Assembly: GCA_963706595.1 (NCBI GenBank) | Contig: OY970166.1 | Coordinates: 512,001 to 576,000, forward strand | Source: an uncultured cyanobacterium | GTDB lineage: Bacteria; Cyanobacteriota; Cyanobacteriia; Cyanobacteriales; Nostocaceae | Length of the DNA: 64,000 bases | Direction: 5' to 3' | In this document: positions 53,386 through 63,847 of the stretch, in pieces | Numbering within the stretch: position 1 is the first letter of the stretch | How the letters are laid out: each line of letters begins with the position of its first letter | Program-made: the position numbers and the translations under genes | The notes under the pieces: generated by a model | The model's database searches: none | What the model was told of the DNA's origin: nothing | The model's input: only the letters and a program-made list of their open reading frames with translations

Positions 53386-55269
53386 ATGGAATCTACAGAA
53401 TTAGAAGAATTTTTAATAACTATACAAAAACTCCAATCGATAATGATTGGAGTTGCTACTAATCAACAGGAATATCGGATTCAAGATTATGAAGAGGAAT
53501 ACAAAGAACTTTATAGAGAAATAGTATCGCAAATAGAAGACTTTCAATCTGAGGGACTATCTATCGAAAATCCTAACAATTTTCAGTCACTCTGGGATTG
53601 GTATAAACATTGGAAAGCTAATTTAAGCACATTAGCTTGGCGAGGAGCGTATATTCACAACCTTTATCAAAATATTTATCATCAAATCAACATTATTATA
53701 TGCAAAAACTATATCAAACGAACTTCGCTAGAAATGTTAGATCATGAAATAGAACCTTCACAAATAGAAGAACTAAAAGTCCAAATAAAGACTATACAAT
53801 CTATGATGATAGAGGTTGCTAGCGAAGGAAATGCTATTTCTTTAATTCAGGATCATGAAGAAAACTATAATCAAATATATAGAGCAATTTATTTTAAGAT
53901 AGAAATTCTTAAAGCAAAAGGAATATCAGTTTGTAATCCCAATCAATTTTGGTCACTTTGGCAATGGTACAGTTTTTATTCAGAACAGTTAGAGAATGTA
54001 ATATCTGTCCGCCAAGAATACATAGATAACCTTTATGCAAATGTTCTCAAACCGATAGAGAGAGCATTAAAACAACACCGGAAAAAAACAACTTCTATTC
54101 AAGAATTTACTCAAGATTTACAGCGTCGATTTAACCAACTAAATGCTAGTCAACTTAACGATTTCACAGAAATAAGTACAAATTCTAGCAAAATTGTAGA
54201 AACATTTAGCCAGAGCATCGATACTTGCTTGCAGGAAGAAGGTTCAAAACAGATTCTCAATACATTCTCTGTTGCACCTACTCAATCTGTAGAAAATGTG
54301 TTACTTCAAACCGTAAATTATACTTCAGCTTGGACAGATAAAAATATTATGAATCCAGAAATATTTTTAGATCAAAAAGATATTAAACCATTAATTACGG
54401 CACTAAATTATTTTGCTCTTAAAGTGAATGTAGGCAGTGACCGCCAAAATATTTTAAAAAATTCTGATCTTGATACTGCGTTTTTAAGTAATTTAAGATA
54501 TGATACTGAACCTAGTATATTTTCTCAAGCATTAGTATCAGGATTCAAAACTTATCAAATCTCTTATAATCAGTTTAATTATCATCCATTAGTAAATTTA
54601 CTTAAATACCTAAGTGATGTCGCAGATATTTATGGATTCTCAGACCAAGCGGTAGAATTATTTATGAGATTAGTCGAAAAAGGTCAGGAAAACTTAAAAG
54701 CCTTGGCTGCTCGAAATACAGTTGCTAGAATCGAATCCCCTATAGGAAATGCGATAGGGACAGGCGTATTAATTACAAATAATTTCTTATTAAGTTGTAA
54801 TCATATTTTCACCAAGAACCAAGTAACAAAAGCATGGGTACGTCTTGGCTACCAAGCTAGTAATTACGAATCAGAAAAAGATGTATTAGAATTAGAAATT
54901 ATGAGGAGAAATTCTCGTCCTGATTATGCTTTACTCAAAATCAACACTCCAACACAACATAAAGCTATTTCTATTAATGAAACTTCGATATTAGATAGCG
55001 GACAAGAAATTCGTATTATTCATCATCCGCAGGGAAATCCTGTAGTAATTTCGGACTTGGGACAGATTATGCAAGTAGGAGATGATTACATTGACCATAA
55101 TCTGAAAACAGATCACGGCTCCTCTGGCGCACCAATTTTGAATCGCCAATGGGAACTGATTGCAATTCATCAAGGAAATCCGGGTATAGGACGTGCCGTG
55201 ACTCCAGGTTCAACAGGAGGTATTCCCATTCGTGCTATTTGGAATGAAATTTCAACGTATTTAGGTTAA
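53386..55269 (+). CDS. Multidomain trypsin-like serine protease (tandem N-terminal repeat, EAD-like helical domain, protease)
   Basis: Triad motifs LSCNHIF, PDYALL, TDHGSSGAP. Two copies of an approximately 100-aa unit containing NPN.F.SLW.WY. Confidence 0.85.
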   Translation: MESTELEEFLITIQKLQSIMIGVATNQQEYRIQDYEEEYKELYREIVSQIEDFQSEGLSIENPNNFQSLWDWYKHWKANLSTLAWRGAYIHNLYQNIYHQINIIICKNYIKRTSLEMLDHEIEPSQIEELKVQIKTIQSMMIEVASEGNAISLIQDHEENYNQIYRAIYFKIEILKAKGISVCNPNQFWSLWQWYSFYSEQLENVISVRQEYIDNLYANVLKPIERALKQHRKKTTSIQEFTQDLQRRFNQLNASQLNDFTEISTNSSKIVETFSQSIDTCLQEEGSKQILNTFSVAPTQSVENVLLQTVNYTSAWTDKNIMNPEIFLDQKDIKPLITALNYFALKVNVGSDRQNILKNSDLDTAFLSNLRYDTEPSIFSQALVSGFKTYQISYNQFNYHPLVNLLKYLSDVADIYGFSDQAVELFMRLVEKGQENLKALAARNTVARIESPIGNAIGTGVLITNNFLLSCNHIFTKNQVTKAWVRLGYQASNYESEKDVLELEIMRRNSRPDYALLKINTPTQHKAISINETSILDSGQEIRIIHHPQGNPVVISDLGQIMQVGDDYIDHNLKTDHGSSGAPILNRQWELIAIHQGNPGIGRAVTPGSTGGIPIRAIWNEISTYLG

Positions 55270-55289
55270 TTGAACAGAGAAATAAATTT

Positions 55290-56378
55290 ATGAATTTTTA
55301 CCAGAGTTTATTTGACACTTTCAGCCGTGAGGCTCCAAAATATAAAACCCTTTTCCTGCCAAAATATCGAGTTGATGTGGATTATGATGACAACCCCATC
55401 GTTGCAGGTGAAGCCTATTGTCGGATTTTGCTAGTGGAGATGCGCTTGGCGAAAGATATGGAATGGCTCAAGCAACGGTATCCCCTTGTTCATGTGGCTG
55501 TTCGATTCAATCATGCTGGTGAATGCGTAACAATTCCTTACCTAGCTGCACCTGGGCAATTGGAAAAATCAATAAAAGATAATTTGGATAGAGTCATTCA
55601 GTGCAACTATCCTGTGACATCCTTATTTCCTTTCAATAGTGGCTTAGTCGAGTTACAGGCAGGCTTATTTAGTGTAGCTAGTGATGACTCCATCGGAAAA
55701 TTTATTAAGGCGATGGGGAGATTTTCTGAATTGCTACCTGTGCCAGAACTTTCAAACGTTATCAAGCTAGCAGAACCAGTATATAGAGGTATTGAGGATT
55801 TACTCAATATCGGTGAGCGTCGCCTAGAACTAGGCTATCAACAAACTTTTTCTGAAGCTAATGGAGGTGGTAGCAATTCCCTGAAAGCAGGTTATTTTGC
55901 AGCAATTTTAGCACAGGAACACAAAATTAATAATGATAATCTTTGTATTGTCAATGATAGCCTTTGTCTTGGTTCACCTGGCACTACAAAAACTTTTTTA
56001 CGTGACGGCAAACCCCTAGAAGGTTACAGCTATATGTTATTTCGTATAGAAAAGCGCAAACACCAAGATTGGAACTTATTAAACAGTATAAAAGAGCTAG
56101 TAATTAAAGCTCAAAATGCTATTTGTTCAGGAGAATATGAGAAAGTAAATAAATTTATTTTACCGGCTATTAAAATAAGTGTTCTCCAAAGTCCTGATGT
56201 AACCAAAGCAGACCGACGCAATATGATACTAAAAATTGAAGAAGAATTGAAAGAACTTGGTTTGCAGTCTACAACAGTCCAAAAGCGATCGCTTTATTCA
56301 ATTATGCAGCGACCCTTGCCAGAAATTGATCCAGCAACAGAAGCCGAATTAGCTTCCTTAGAGCAGCTTTTTAAGTAA
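55290..56378 (+). CDS. Uncharacterised 362-aa protein, third gene of the operon
   Basis: Starts 20 bp after the protease stop; no recognised catalytic motif. Confidence 0.8.
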   Translation: MNFYQSLFDTFSREAPKYKTLFLPKYRVDVDYDDNPIVAGEAYCRILLVEMRLAKDMEWLKQRYPLVHVAVRFNHAGECVTIPYLAAPGQLEKSIKDNLDRVIQCNYPVTSLFPFNSGLVELQAGLFSVASDDSIGKFIKAMGRFSELLPVPELSNVIKLAEPVYRGIEDLLNIGERRLELGYQQTFSEANGGGSNSLKAGYFAAILAQEHKINNDNLCIVNDSLCLGSPGTTKTFLRDGKPLEGYSYMLFRIEKRKHQDWNLLNSIKELVIKAQNAICSGEYEKVNKFILPAIKISVLQSPDVTKADRRNMILKIEEELKELGLQSTTVQKRSLYSIMQRPLPEIDPATEAELASLEQLFK

Positions 56379-56575
56379 AAGTGGATGATACTTGTCCACC
56401 GTAATTAGACAAAGGCTATAGTCGGCTTTTCCCACTCAGGCAGATTTTCTAGCCAATACTATGAGAGTTTGTTAAGCAACTTTACAATATTTTAATTTTT
56501 ATAGTGCTTTTATATATATTTATGCGGTTACTGATAAATTAAGAGAATCATAAAAAATAACTGATTTTACAAAAA

Positions 56576-56680
56576 ATGAATAATTCAAATCTGCCTAATC
56601 AATTGGGTCAATCTATGATTATGGGTGCTTTCATCATCTTGACTAGCGTTGCGGTCATCGCCATCATGAATGTTTTTTAA
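56576..56680 (+). CDS. Putative 34-aa single-TM small protein (not in ORF track)
   Basis: MNNSNLPNQLGQSMIMGAFIILTSVAVIAIMNVF*, followed by a terminator-like hairpin. Confidence 0.55.
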   Translation: MNNSNLPNQLGQSMIMGAFIILTSVAVIAIMNVF

Positions 56681-56718
56681 GCATAAATAACGATAAATCC
56701 TAGCAAACAACATTTATT

Positions 56719-56747
56719 AAGCCCCTCTCAATACTGAGTGGGGTTTT
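56719..56747 (+). terminator. Rho-independent terminator-like hairpin
   Basis: AAGCCCCTCTCA-ATAC-TGAGTGGGGTTTT. Confidence 0.6.
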
Positions 56748-56817
56748 ACATTTCTTCACAAAAAGACTTTACAAAAGAATATCATGAGGCGATCGCTAAT
56801 TGAATTCATCCTAGCTT

Positions 56818-57027
56818 TTAATCGTCTAGTAAACTCATCAACGAGTGAATTTCTGGGTCATTTGACTCTGATAATTGATGCTGTAATTCTAATAGTTGGT
56901 TTTTCAACACTTCCGAGGTGTAAACCATATTAGATGTTTGGGCTAGTTTTAATTGACTTTCTTTTATTCTAATCTTTCTTAATAGTTCATCTACCGCATC
57001 AATTGAGTCGTAATCTTGAGAAAACAT
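56818..57027 (-). CDS. Hypothetical small coiled-coil protein
   Basis: MFSQDYDSIDAVDELLRKIRIKE..., preceded by a GGAGG RBS. Confidence 0.7.
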   Translation of the reverse strand: MFSQDYDSIDAVDELLRKIRIKESQLKLAQTSNMVYTSEVLKNQLLELQHQLSESNDPEIHSLMSLLDD

Positions 57028-57404
57028 CAGAACCTCCGCACCGAAGAAACTCCTGGATTTAGACATGAGTTAAGGCGTAGTGTTTCTAACAGCCTCACAC
57101 CCATTCAGATATAAAAATGAACTTGCGAAATTCCACATATCATATATATGATCTCGCCTAGTTTAAATTCTAAAATAAACTATACACTTTATTGAATCGA
57201 ATTTGATAAAAATTATCCTCCAACTATGCGTTGGCGCTACACCTCCAATTGTAAAATCTCAAGTTTTGCTACTATCGCGTAAATGAGGCAAAATCAAGGT
57301 TGGGCTTGGCAAATTTTGGTGATTTTCAGCACTTATCTGCCATTAATAAAAGTTCGGAATCGGTTAAAATAAGCAATAACTCTCAACTTGCTCGTCCTGT
57401 AAGT

Positions 57405-59327
57405 ATGACCATGCACAATTCCGTTGAATTTCAAGACGCTTTTGATGTCATTGTCGTCGGTGCAGGTCACTCCGGTTGCGAAGCAGCCCTTGCTGCTGCC
57501 CGCCTCGGCTGTCGGACTTTGCTACTGACGCTCAACTTAGATAAAATCGCTTGGCAACCCTGTAACCCCGCAGTGGGCGGCCCGGCTAAATCACAGTTAA
57601 CTCATGAGGTGGATGCACTCGGAGGAGAAATTGGCAAGGTTGCAGACCGGACTTACCTGCAAAAGCGCATCCTCAACTCTTCACGAGGTCCGGCGGTGTG
57701 GGCATTACGCGCTCAAAGTGATAAGCGCGAATATGCGGCTGTGATGAAAACCATTGTGGAAAACCAAGAAAATCTGAGCATTCGTGAAGCAATGGCTACA
57801 GACTTGGTGCTGGGTGCTAATGATGACGTAATTGGTGTTGAGACTTATTTTGGTGTGGCTTTTGGCTGCAAAGCATTAATTTTGACCACCGGCACATTTT
57901 TGGGTGGTAAAATTTGGGTGGGTAACAAATCTATGCCAGCCGGACGGGCTGGGGAATTTGCGGCTGAGGGTTTGACACAAACTTTAAACCGCTTGGGCTT
58001 TGAAACCGGAAGGTTAAAAACTGGTACGCCCGCACGGGTAGATAAGCGGTCAGTTGACTACAGCAAAATGACTATCCAGCCAGGGGATGAAGAAGTACGC
58101 TGGTTTAGTTTTGACCCGGATGTGTGGATAGAAAAAGAACAAATTCCTTGCTACATTACCCGCACGACGGCGGAAACTCATCGGCTAATTCGGGAGAATT
58201 TACATTTATCACCGGTTTATGGTGGTTGGGTGGAAGCTAAAGGACCTCGCTATTGTCCCAGCATTGAAGATAAAATTGTGCGCTTTGCTGATAAAGAAAG
58301 TCACCAAATATTTATTGAACCGGAAGGAAGAGATATTCCGGAATTATATATCCAAGGTTTTTCGACAGGGTTGCCGGAAACTTTGCAATTGCAAATGTTA
58401 CGCAGTCTCCCCGGTTTAGAAAATTGTACGATGCTGCGTCCAGCTTATGCTGTGGAATATGACTATTTACCAGCAACTCAGTGTTATCCCACACTGATGA
58501 CTAAGAAAATTGCTGGTTTATTCTGTGCTGGACAGATTAACGGGACAACAGGCTATGAAGAAGCCGCAGCTCAAGGAATTGTGGCGGGAATTAATGCGGC
58601 GCGGTTGGTTCGTGGTGAAGAAATGATTGTTTTTCCCCGTGAACACAGTTATCTTGGCACGCTGGTTGATGATTTGTGTACTAAAGATTTACGGGAACCT
58701 TACCGAATGCTGACTAGCCGTTCGGAATATCGGTTACTGCTGCGTTCTGATAATGCTGACCAACGGCTGACTCCTCTGGGACGAGAAATCGGCTTAATTG
58801 ATGACCGCCGATGGAATTTGTATACTGCTAAACAAGCAGAGATTACCACAGAAAAAGCCCGACTATATGCTACCAGAATTAAAGAACATGATGAAATTGG
58901 TCAGGCGATCGCATCTATATCCCAACAAACAATTAAAGGTTCAATTACTCTAGCTGAATTATTGCGCCGTCCAGGATTTCATTACGTTGACCTCGATAGC
59001 TACGGACTGGGAAATCCCAACCTCAAGCAAGCAGAAAAAGAAGGCGCAGAAATTGACATCAAGTATTCTGGCTATCTCGCTAGACAACAAAATCAAATAG
59101 AACAAATTGCCCGTCAAGCACACCGCCAGCTACCTGCGGACTTGGATTACAACACAATTGATACCCTTTCTAAAGAAGCACGGGAAAAACTCACGAAGGT
59201 CAAACCCCTGACTCTCGGTCAAGCAGCACGCACTGGTGGAGTGAATCCGGCAGATATTAACGCTTTGTTAATCTATTTAGAATTGCGTAAAACCAAGAGC
59301 CAATCAGAGTTTCCGGCATTAGCGTAA
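57405..59327 (+). CDS. mnmG: tRNA uridine-5-carboxymethylaminomethyl(34) synthesis enzyme MnmG/GidA
   Basis: [58 protein letters not shown]. Confidence 0.97.
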   Translation: MTMHNSVEFQDAFDVIVVGAGHSGCEAALAAARLGCRTLLLTLNLDKIAWQPCNPAVGGPAKSQLTHEVDALGGEIGKVADRTYLQKRILNSSRGPAVWALRAQSDKREYAAVMKTIVENQENLSIREAMATDLVLGANDDVIGVETYFGVAFGCKALILTTGTFLGGKIWVGNKSMPAGRAGEFAAEGLTQTLNRLGFETGRLKTGTPARVDKRSVDYSKMTIQPGDEEVRWFSFDPDVWIEKEQIPCYITRTTAETHRLIRENLHLSPVYGGWVEAKGPRYCPSIEDKIVRFADKESHQIFIEPEGRDIPELYIQGFSTGLPETLQLQMLRSLPGLENCTMLRPAYAVEYDYLPATQCYPTLMTKKIAGLFCAGQINGTTGYEEAAAQGIVAGINAARLVRGEEMIVFPREHSYLGTLVDDLCTKDLREPYRMLTSRSEYRLLLRSDNADQRLTPLGREIGLIDDRRWNLYTAKQAEITTEKARLYATRIKEHDEIGQAIASISQQTIKGSITLAELLRRPGFHYVDLDSYGLGNPNLKQAEKEGAEIDIKYSGYLARQQNQIEQIARQAHRQLPADLDYNTIDTLSKEAREKLTKVKPLTLGQAARTGGVNPADINALLIYLELRKTKSQSEFPALA

Positions 59328-59559
59328 TTTAAAGTTGATCAAGGTTGGGTATAGTAAAGGTGAAGGAAGTAGTATGATAGATGACATGAATTAAGTAATG
59401 CCATCATCAGCAGTTTCCTGATTTAAATTGAATTTAATACTACCAAGCCATCAAGTCGTCTAATTTTGACGAGGGCTTGGAGGCTTAATGCAAAAATCTT
59501 GATTTCCAGGCATAGGGGCGGCTCTGCCCCGTCCTGGCAGCCACAACCCAAAATGCCTT

Positions 59560-60858
59560 ATGTTACAAGCATCCAGAACCCATCTGATTATTCCAGAACC
59601 ATCAGAAGACTTGATTACCAACGAGCCGTGGTCGATAGATTTCTATGCTGATGGTTTGATGGATGAACTCTTTGCCGATATTGACGAAATTTTGGATGTG
59701 AGTGGGAATTTGCCTGACCATACTTTAAGGCATGGCAGTCATACACCACGTTCCATAAAACAAACTTCTTCCAGCGACGACTTGGAAAATTTGGGTGAGT
59801 CTGCCACACCAGTGGCTTCAGAATATGAACATCTGCAAACAATTAATGTGCCGCAGATTGTTTCATCAAACTCCCTCACCCGCACCAGAAAAACAGTTTC
59901 GCAAGGGAAGAAGGAGCCAGTTGGTAAAGTTGTAGTTAATCCTCCAGGGGCAATTACTCAGCACCAGAAAACGAGGCTAAATCTGGGACAGCTGCTAATT
60001 GCCGGCGTGGCGATCGCAGGTACAATATATATTGTGCAGTCTGGATTGCTGACTCTTCTGACTGCCAAATTGTCTCAACCAGATGTCTATCAACCACAGA
60101 CGCAGTTATCTCCCAAAGTAGATGTTCAAGCAGAATTGGTTGACTATATGCTGGGAGCGCTGGCAATTATAGACAAGCAAGGAGCAAGCAATAATAATCG
60201 CACGTCTGTTTATCCTAAAATAGGCAATCGGGGAGTTTCTAACTTTTCATCTGTAGCTGGTAATTTAGCACCACCTCTAGCTGCTAACAACACACCACCT
60301 GTTCCTAATCGTTCGACAAATGTTGTCGAACGCATTTATATTCCTGTTTATCAAGCGCCGTCACCAATGCGCTATGCGCCACCACCTACTCCCGGCGCTA
60401 CCGCAGGTCAAGCACAGGTAGCAAATAATTTGAAACCCCCTTTCAACGCGGTGCAACCACCAGCCAAGCCGGGGAATGCCAATATAGTAGCTGCTGTGCG
60501 CCCAGAACTTAAACCAGTACCTACGCAAAAAGCACCAATTACCGTGCGACAGCCATCTGTACCTCTGCCGGGATTACCTGTTGCACCAGTCCGAACAACA
60601 TCAGCGCCCACAAATGCCCAACAACCAGCATATTTAGAAACCTCATCTGCAACAATAGCTGCTCATACCTTAGCGGGATTACTAGAATTAGGTGAAAAAT
60701 CTGCGGCTTTATTTGAATTTGAAGGCGTAACCCGCCGCATTAATATGGGAGAAAGCATTGGAGCTAGTGGTTGGACTTTAGTCGGTGTTGCCAACGGCGA
60801 AGCTATCGTTCGTCGCAATGGCGAAGTGCGGTCAATTTTTGCAGGACAGAAGTTGTAA
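59560..60858 (+). CDS. Hypothetical membrane protein with a Pro-rich linker and small C-terminal beta domain
   Basis: One TM segment, VERIYIPVYQ, C-terminal GLLELGEKSAALFEFEGVTRRI..GESIGASGWTL. Confidence 0.75.
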   Translation: MLQASRTHLIIPEPSEDLITNEPWSIDFYADGLMDELFADIDEILDVSGNLPDHTLRHGSHTPRSIKQTSSSDDLENLGESATPVASEYEHLQTINVPQIVSSNSLTRTRKTVSQGKKEPVGKVVVNPPGAITQHQKTRLNLGQLLIAGVAIAGTIYIVQSGLLTLLTAKLSQPDVYQPQTQLSPKVDVQAELVDYMLGALAIIDKQGASNNNRTSVYPKIGNRGVSNFSSVAGNLAPPLAANNTPPVPNRSTNVVERIYIPVYQAPSPMRYAPPPTPGATAGQAQVANNLKPPFNAVQPPAKPGNANIVAAVRPELKPVPTQKAPITVRQPSVPLPGLPVAPVRTTSAPTNAQQPAYLETSSATIAAHTLAGLLELGEKSAALFEFEGVTRRINMGESIGASGWTLVGVANGEAIVRRNGEVRSIFAGQKL

Positions 60859-60928
60859 AACTGGTCATGCTTTTGTGCTATCTCAATTTATAGCTAAGTG
60901 GCGATTTTAAAACCAATACAAATTTACG

Positions 60929-60959
60929 ATTAACCTGCTTAAGCGGGTTAATTATTTTT
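60929..60959 (+). terminator. Terminator-like hairpin
   Basis: ATTAACCTGC-TTAA-GCGGGTTAAT followed by a T-rich run. Confidence 0.55.
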
Positions 60960-61092
60960 ATTCCTACAATATTTAATACTGTAGCATGAATTTTGGTTAT
61001 TTAGTCAAATTTACATAAACTAAAAAAAAATATTCGTAGATTGGGTAGAACAAAGTGAAACCAGTCCTTACACGGTTGAGTTTTTCGGTTTT

Positions 61093-61965
61093 CTAGAAAC
61101 AGGTGCGGATCAGAGTTGCTTTTCTGAAATCTGTACTTTTAAGTGTGGCTGCTGTGAAATTAGCATCAGTTAAATCAGCACCACGAAAGCTTGTACCACG
61201 AAAAGCAGCAAACGCAACAGCACTTTTTTGAATCAAAGAGTACTTTTCATCGCCTTTCATAGCTCGCCAAGCAATGTAAGCACTAAATAAAGTTCCGGCA
61301 AAGGCGATGGCTGCCGTGATGGGAAAGGCTCCCGTGATGGCAATGGCTCCCTCGAAGGCGAAGGCGAAGGCGAAGGCGATCGCTCCCATGATGGCAAATA
61401 CAAAGGCTCCCACAAAGGCGATGTCTCCCACGATGGCGATGGCTAAGGCGATGGCAAAGCCGATGGCAAAGCCGATGGCTAAGGCGATGGCAAAGCCGAT
61501 GGCAAAAGCGATGGCTAAGGCGATGGCAAAGCCGATGGCGATATATAGGGTTCCGGCGATGCTAAAAGCAATGGCGATGGCTCCCGCGATGGCGATGGCT
61601 AAGGCGATCGCGGAGTTTAATCTTTGCACAACCATAACGATGAAAACCATAATGACTACTATTAAGGCAGTCCAACCTGTAACCTGACTTTCTATGGTTG
61701 AACTGTCAAATATCAAAGAGATTAAGTATCCAGTGAAGGCGGAGAAAAATCCGGAAATTGCAGAGAATAACCACGAAACACTGACTAGAAAAATCGCCCA
61801 ACGTTTTTGTAGTCCGCATTGAGCATGGCTAAAGTTGGCATTCTGAAGATTAGCCCCAGTAAAGTTTGCTCCTCTGATATCTGCATAGCTAAAGTTTGCA
61901 CCCTCAAGGTTTTGACCTTTAAAGGAACGTCCACGGAGATTTTGACTGGAGAAATCCTGGTACAT
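61093..61965 (-). pseudogene. Pentapeptide-repeat membrane protein, apparently truncated
   Basis: A(D/N)(F/L)xx repeats flank an Ala/Ile/Phe-rich TM tract. TAG falls mid-repeat and the frame continues KTEKLNRVRTG before running into a REP-like repeat. Confidence 0.7.
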
Positions 61966-62181
61966 AGATTAATAATTAATAATTTGTAATTCGTATTTGA
62001 AGGAGCGCCCACGGAGATTTTACAGGTGAATTTTTGATACATTCTGATAATCATTTTTAGTATGTATTTCGTTTCGGTCTTTTAGGGCAATATTTTGTTT
62101 TTTATTTGTTGTTTGTGTGCTTAAAACCAGAAATATCAGGATGATGCCATAATTCAGCAATACGGAGATCAAAAAGTTTCT

Positions 62182-63681
62182 ATGCTGGATACACTGGATT
62201 TAACACTTTCCTTAGATAAAGCTACCTATAAATCAGAAATTGACAGGCTGATGCATCAACTGCGAGAACTGCAAAATGCCTGTTGGGAGAAAAAATTACC
62301 TGTAATTGTGGTCTTGGAAGGATGGGCTGCTTCTGGTAAAGGCGCACTGGTGAAGCAAATGGTTTCCTACATGGACCCGCGCGGCTTTAAAGTTCATCCT
62401 ATCTGGCCACCGAGCGAAGAAGAACGCAAATATCCCTTCCTCTGGCGATTCTGGGAAAAAATCCCCGCCCAAGGTAACATTAGCTTTTTCTATCACAGTT
62501 GGTATACTCATGTTTTAGAAGAACGCTTATTTGAGCGAGTTGGAACCGACCAAGTTCCCACTGTGATGAAATTAATGGGGCAAATTAATTCCTTTGAGCG
62601 CCAAATGGTGGATGATGGAGTCGCGATCGCTAAATTCTGGTTACATCTAAGTCGTAAAGAATTAAAAAATCGCCTCAAAGACTACGCCAAAGATGAATTA
62701 ACCGCTTGGCGGGTGAGAAAAGCAGACTGGAAACAAGCCAAACACTATGACCGCTACGCCACCTTTGCGGAAGAAATGCTCGTACAAACTAGTACCGGCT
62801 TTGCTCCTTGGACTTTAGTCGAGGCTGACTCGGAACGGTGGGCGCAGGTGAAGGTTCTCACCCACCTTCGTACTACCTTAACTGCTGCTTTAGATAGACT
62901 GAAAATTCAGCTTCCGGCTCCCGCTTTACCTCCACAGACGGAATTAGAAACCACCGAGTCAGACTTACTGGCGCAAACTGATTTGAGCTTGAGTCTTTCG
63001 GAAAACGACTATGAAGAGCAATTAGCCAACGCACAGTTAAAACTACGCAAATTGCAATTAAGCATCCACAAGCATCAAATTCCTGTCCTGGTGATGTTTG
63101 AGGGTTGGGATGCAGCAGGTAAAGGCGGGGCGATTAAGCGGCTAACGGATATTCTTGATCCTCGCAGTTACTTTGTTCATCCCTTTGCAGCGCCCACAGA
63201 TGAAGAAAAAGTTCATCATTACCTCTGGCGATTTTGGCGAAGATTACCCACGGCTGGGATAATTGGGATTTTTGACCGTTCCTGGTATGGACGGGTGTTA
63301 GTGGAGCGTGTGGAAGGCTTTGCTTCGGAAATCGAGTGGCGTAGAGCCTACCGAGAAATTAATGAATTTGAGGCTCAGTTAACCAGTGCAGGCTATGTTG
63401 TAGTCAAGTTTTGGCTCCACATTAGCCCAGAGGAACAACTTCAGCGTTTTACAGACCGTCAAAATGACCCCTTTAAGCAGTACAAGCTGACGGATGAAGA
63501 CTGGCGTAATCGGGAAAAGTGGAATCATTACGATGTCGCCGTCAATCAAGCAATTCAGCGCACCACTACCCCCACGGCTCCTTGGACAATTGTGGCTGCT
63601 AATGACAAATACTATGCCAGAGTCAAGGTAATTGAAACGGTTGTGGAAGCTATTGAAGCGGAATTAAAACGCCGTGATTAA
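62182..63681 (+). CDS. pap: Polyphosphate:AMP phosphotransferase (two-domain PPK2)
   Basis: Two PPK2 domains: LEGWAASGKG..YHSWY and FEGWDAAGKGGAIKR..FDRSWYGRVLVERVEG. Confidence 0.9.
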   Translation: MLDTLDLTLSLDKATYKSEIDRLMHQLRELQNACWEKKLPVIVVLEGWAASGKGALVKQMVSYMDPRGFKVHPIWPPSEEERKYPFLWRFWEKIPAQGNISFFYHSWYTHVLEERLFERVGTDQVPTVMKLMGQINSFERQMVDDGVAIAKFWLHLSRKELKNRLKDYAKDELTAWRVRKADWKQAKHYDRYATFAEEMLVQTSTGFAPWTLVEADSERWAQVKVLTHLRTTLTAALDRLKIQLPAPALPPQTELETTESDLLAQTDLSLSLSENDYEEQLANAQLKLRKLQLSIHKHQIPVLVMFEGWDAAGKGGAIKRLTDILDPRSYFVHPFAAPTDEEKVHHYLWRFWRRLPTAGIIGIFDRSWYGRVLVERVEGFASEIEWRRAYREINEFEAQLTSAGYVVVKFWLHISPEEQLQRFTDRQNDPFKQYKLTDEDWRNREKWNHYDVAVNQAIQRTTTPTAPWTIVAANDKYYARVKVIETVVEAIEAELKRRD

Positions 63682-63697
63682 TATCTTTTAATAGAGA

Positions 63698-63847
63698 TAG
63701 GACTCATATAGTAATCCGGTTTGATTTCTGTTCGCGTAGGTAGGGAGTGGGGAGTGGGGAGTGGGGAGTAGGGAAAAAGAAATAATGTGTACGGAGTTTT
63801 ATTCAAAAATCAAATCGGAGTCCTATATTTGATTGTTGAAACACACG
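63698..63847. mobile_element. Nested MITE-like elements with an internal STRR tract
   Basis: Inner element 63707-63827 has TIRs TATAGTAATCCGGTTTGATTT / AAATCAAATCGGAGTCCTATA and splits an outer TAGGACTCATA|TTTGATT end. Confidence 0.6.

Noticed and set aside
55290..56378. Bacterial gasdermin next to a protease
   Set aside because: It lacks the N-terminal Cys and GYN..P-type pattern I associate with bacterial gasdermins and is longer than typical. Only structure prediction could revive this idea.
61307..61687. ORF with (AKPM/AKAM)n repeats
   Set aside because: Antisense reading of the Ala/Ile repeat in the pentapeptide gene.
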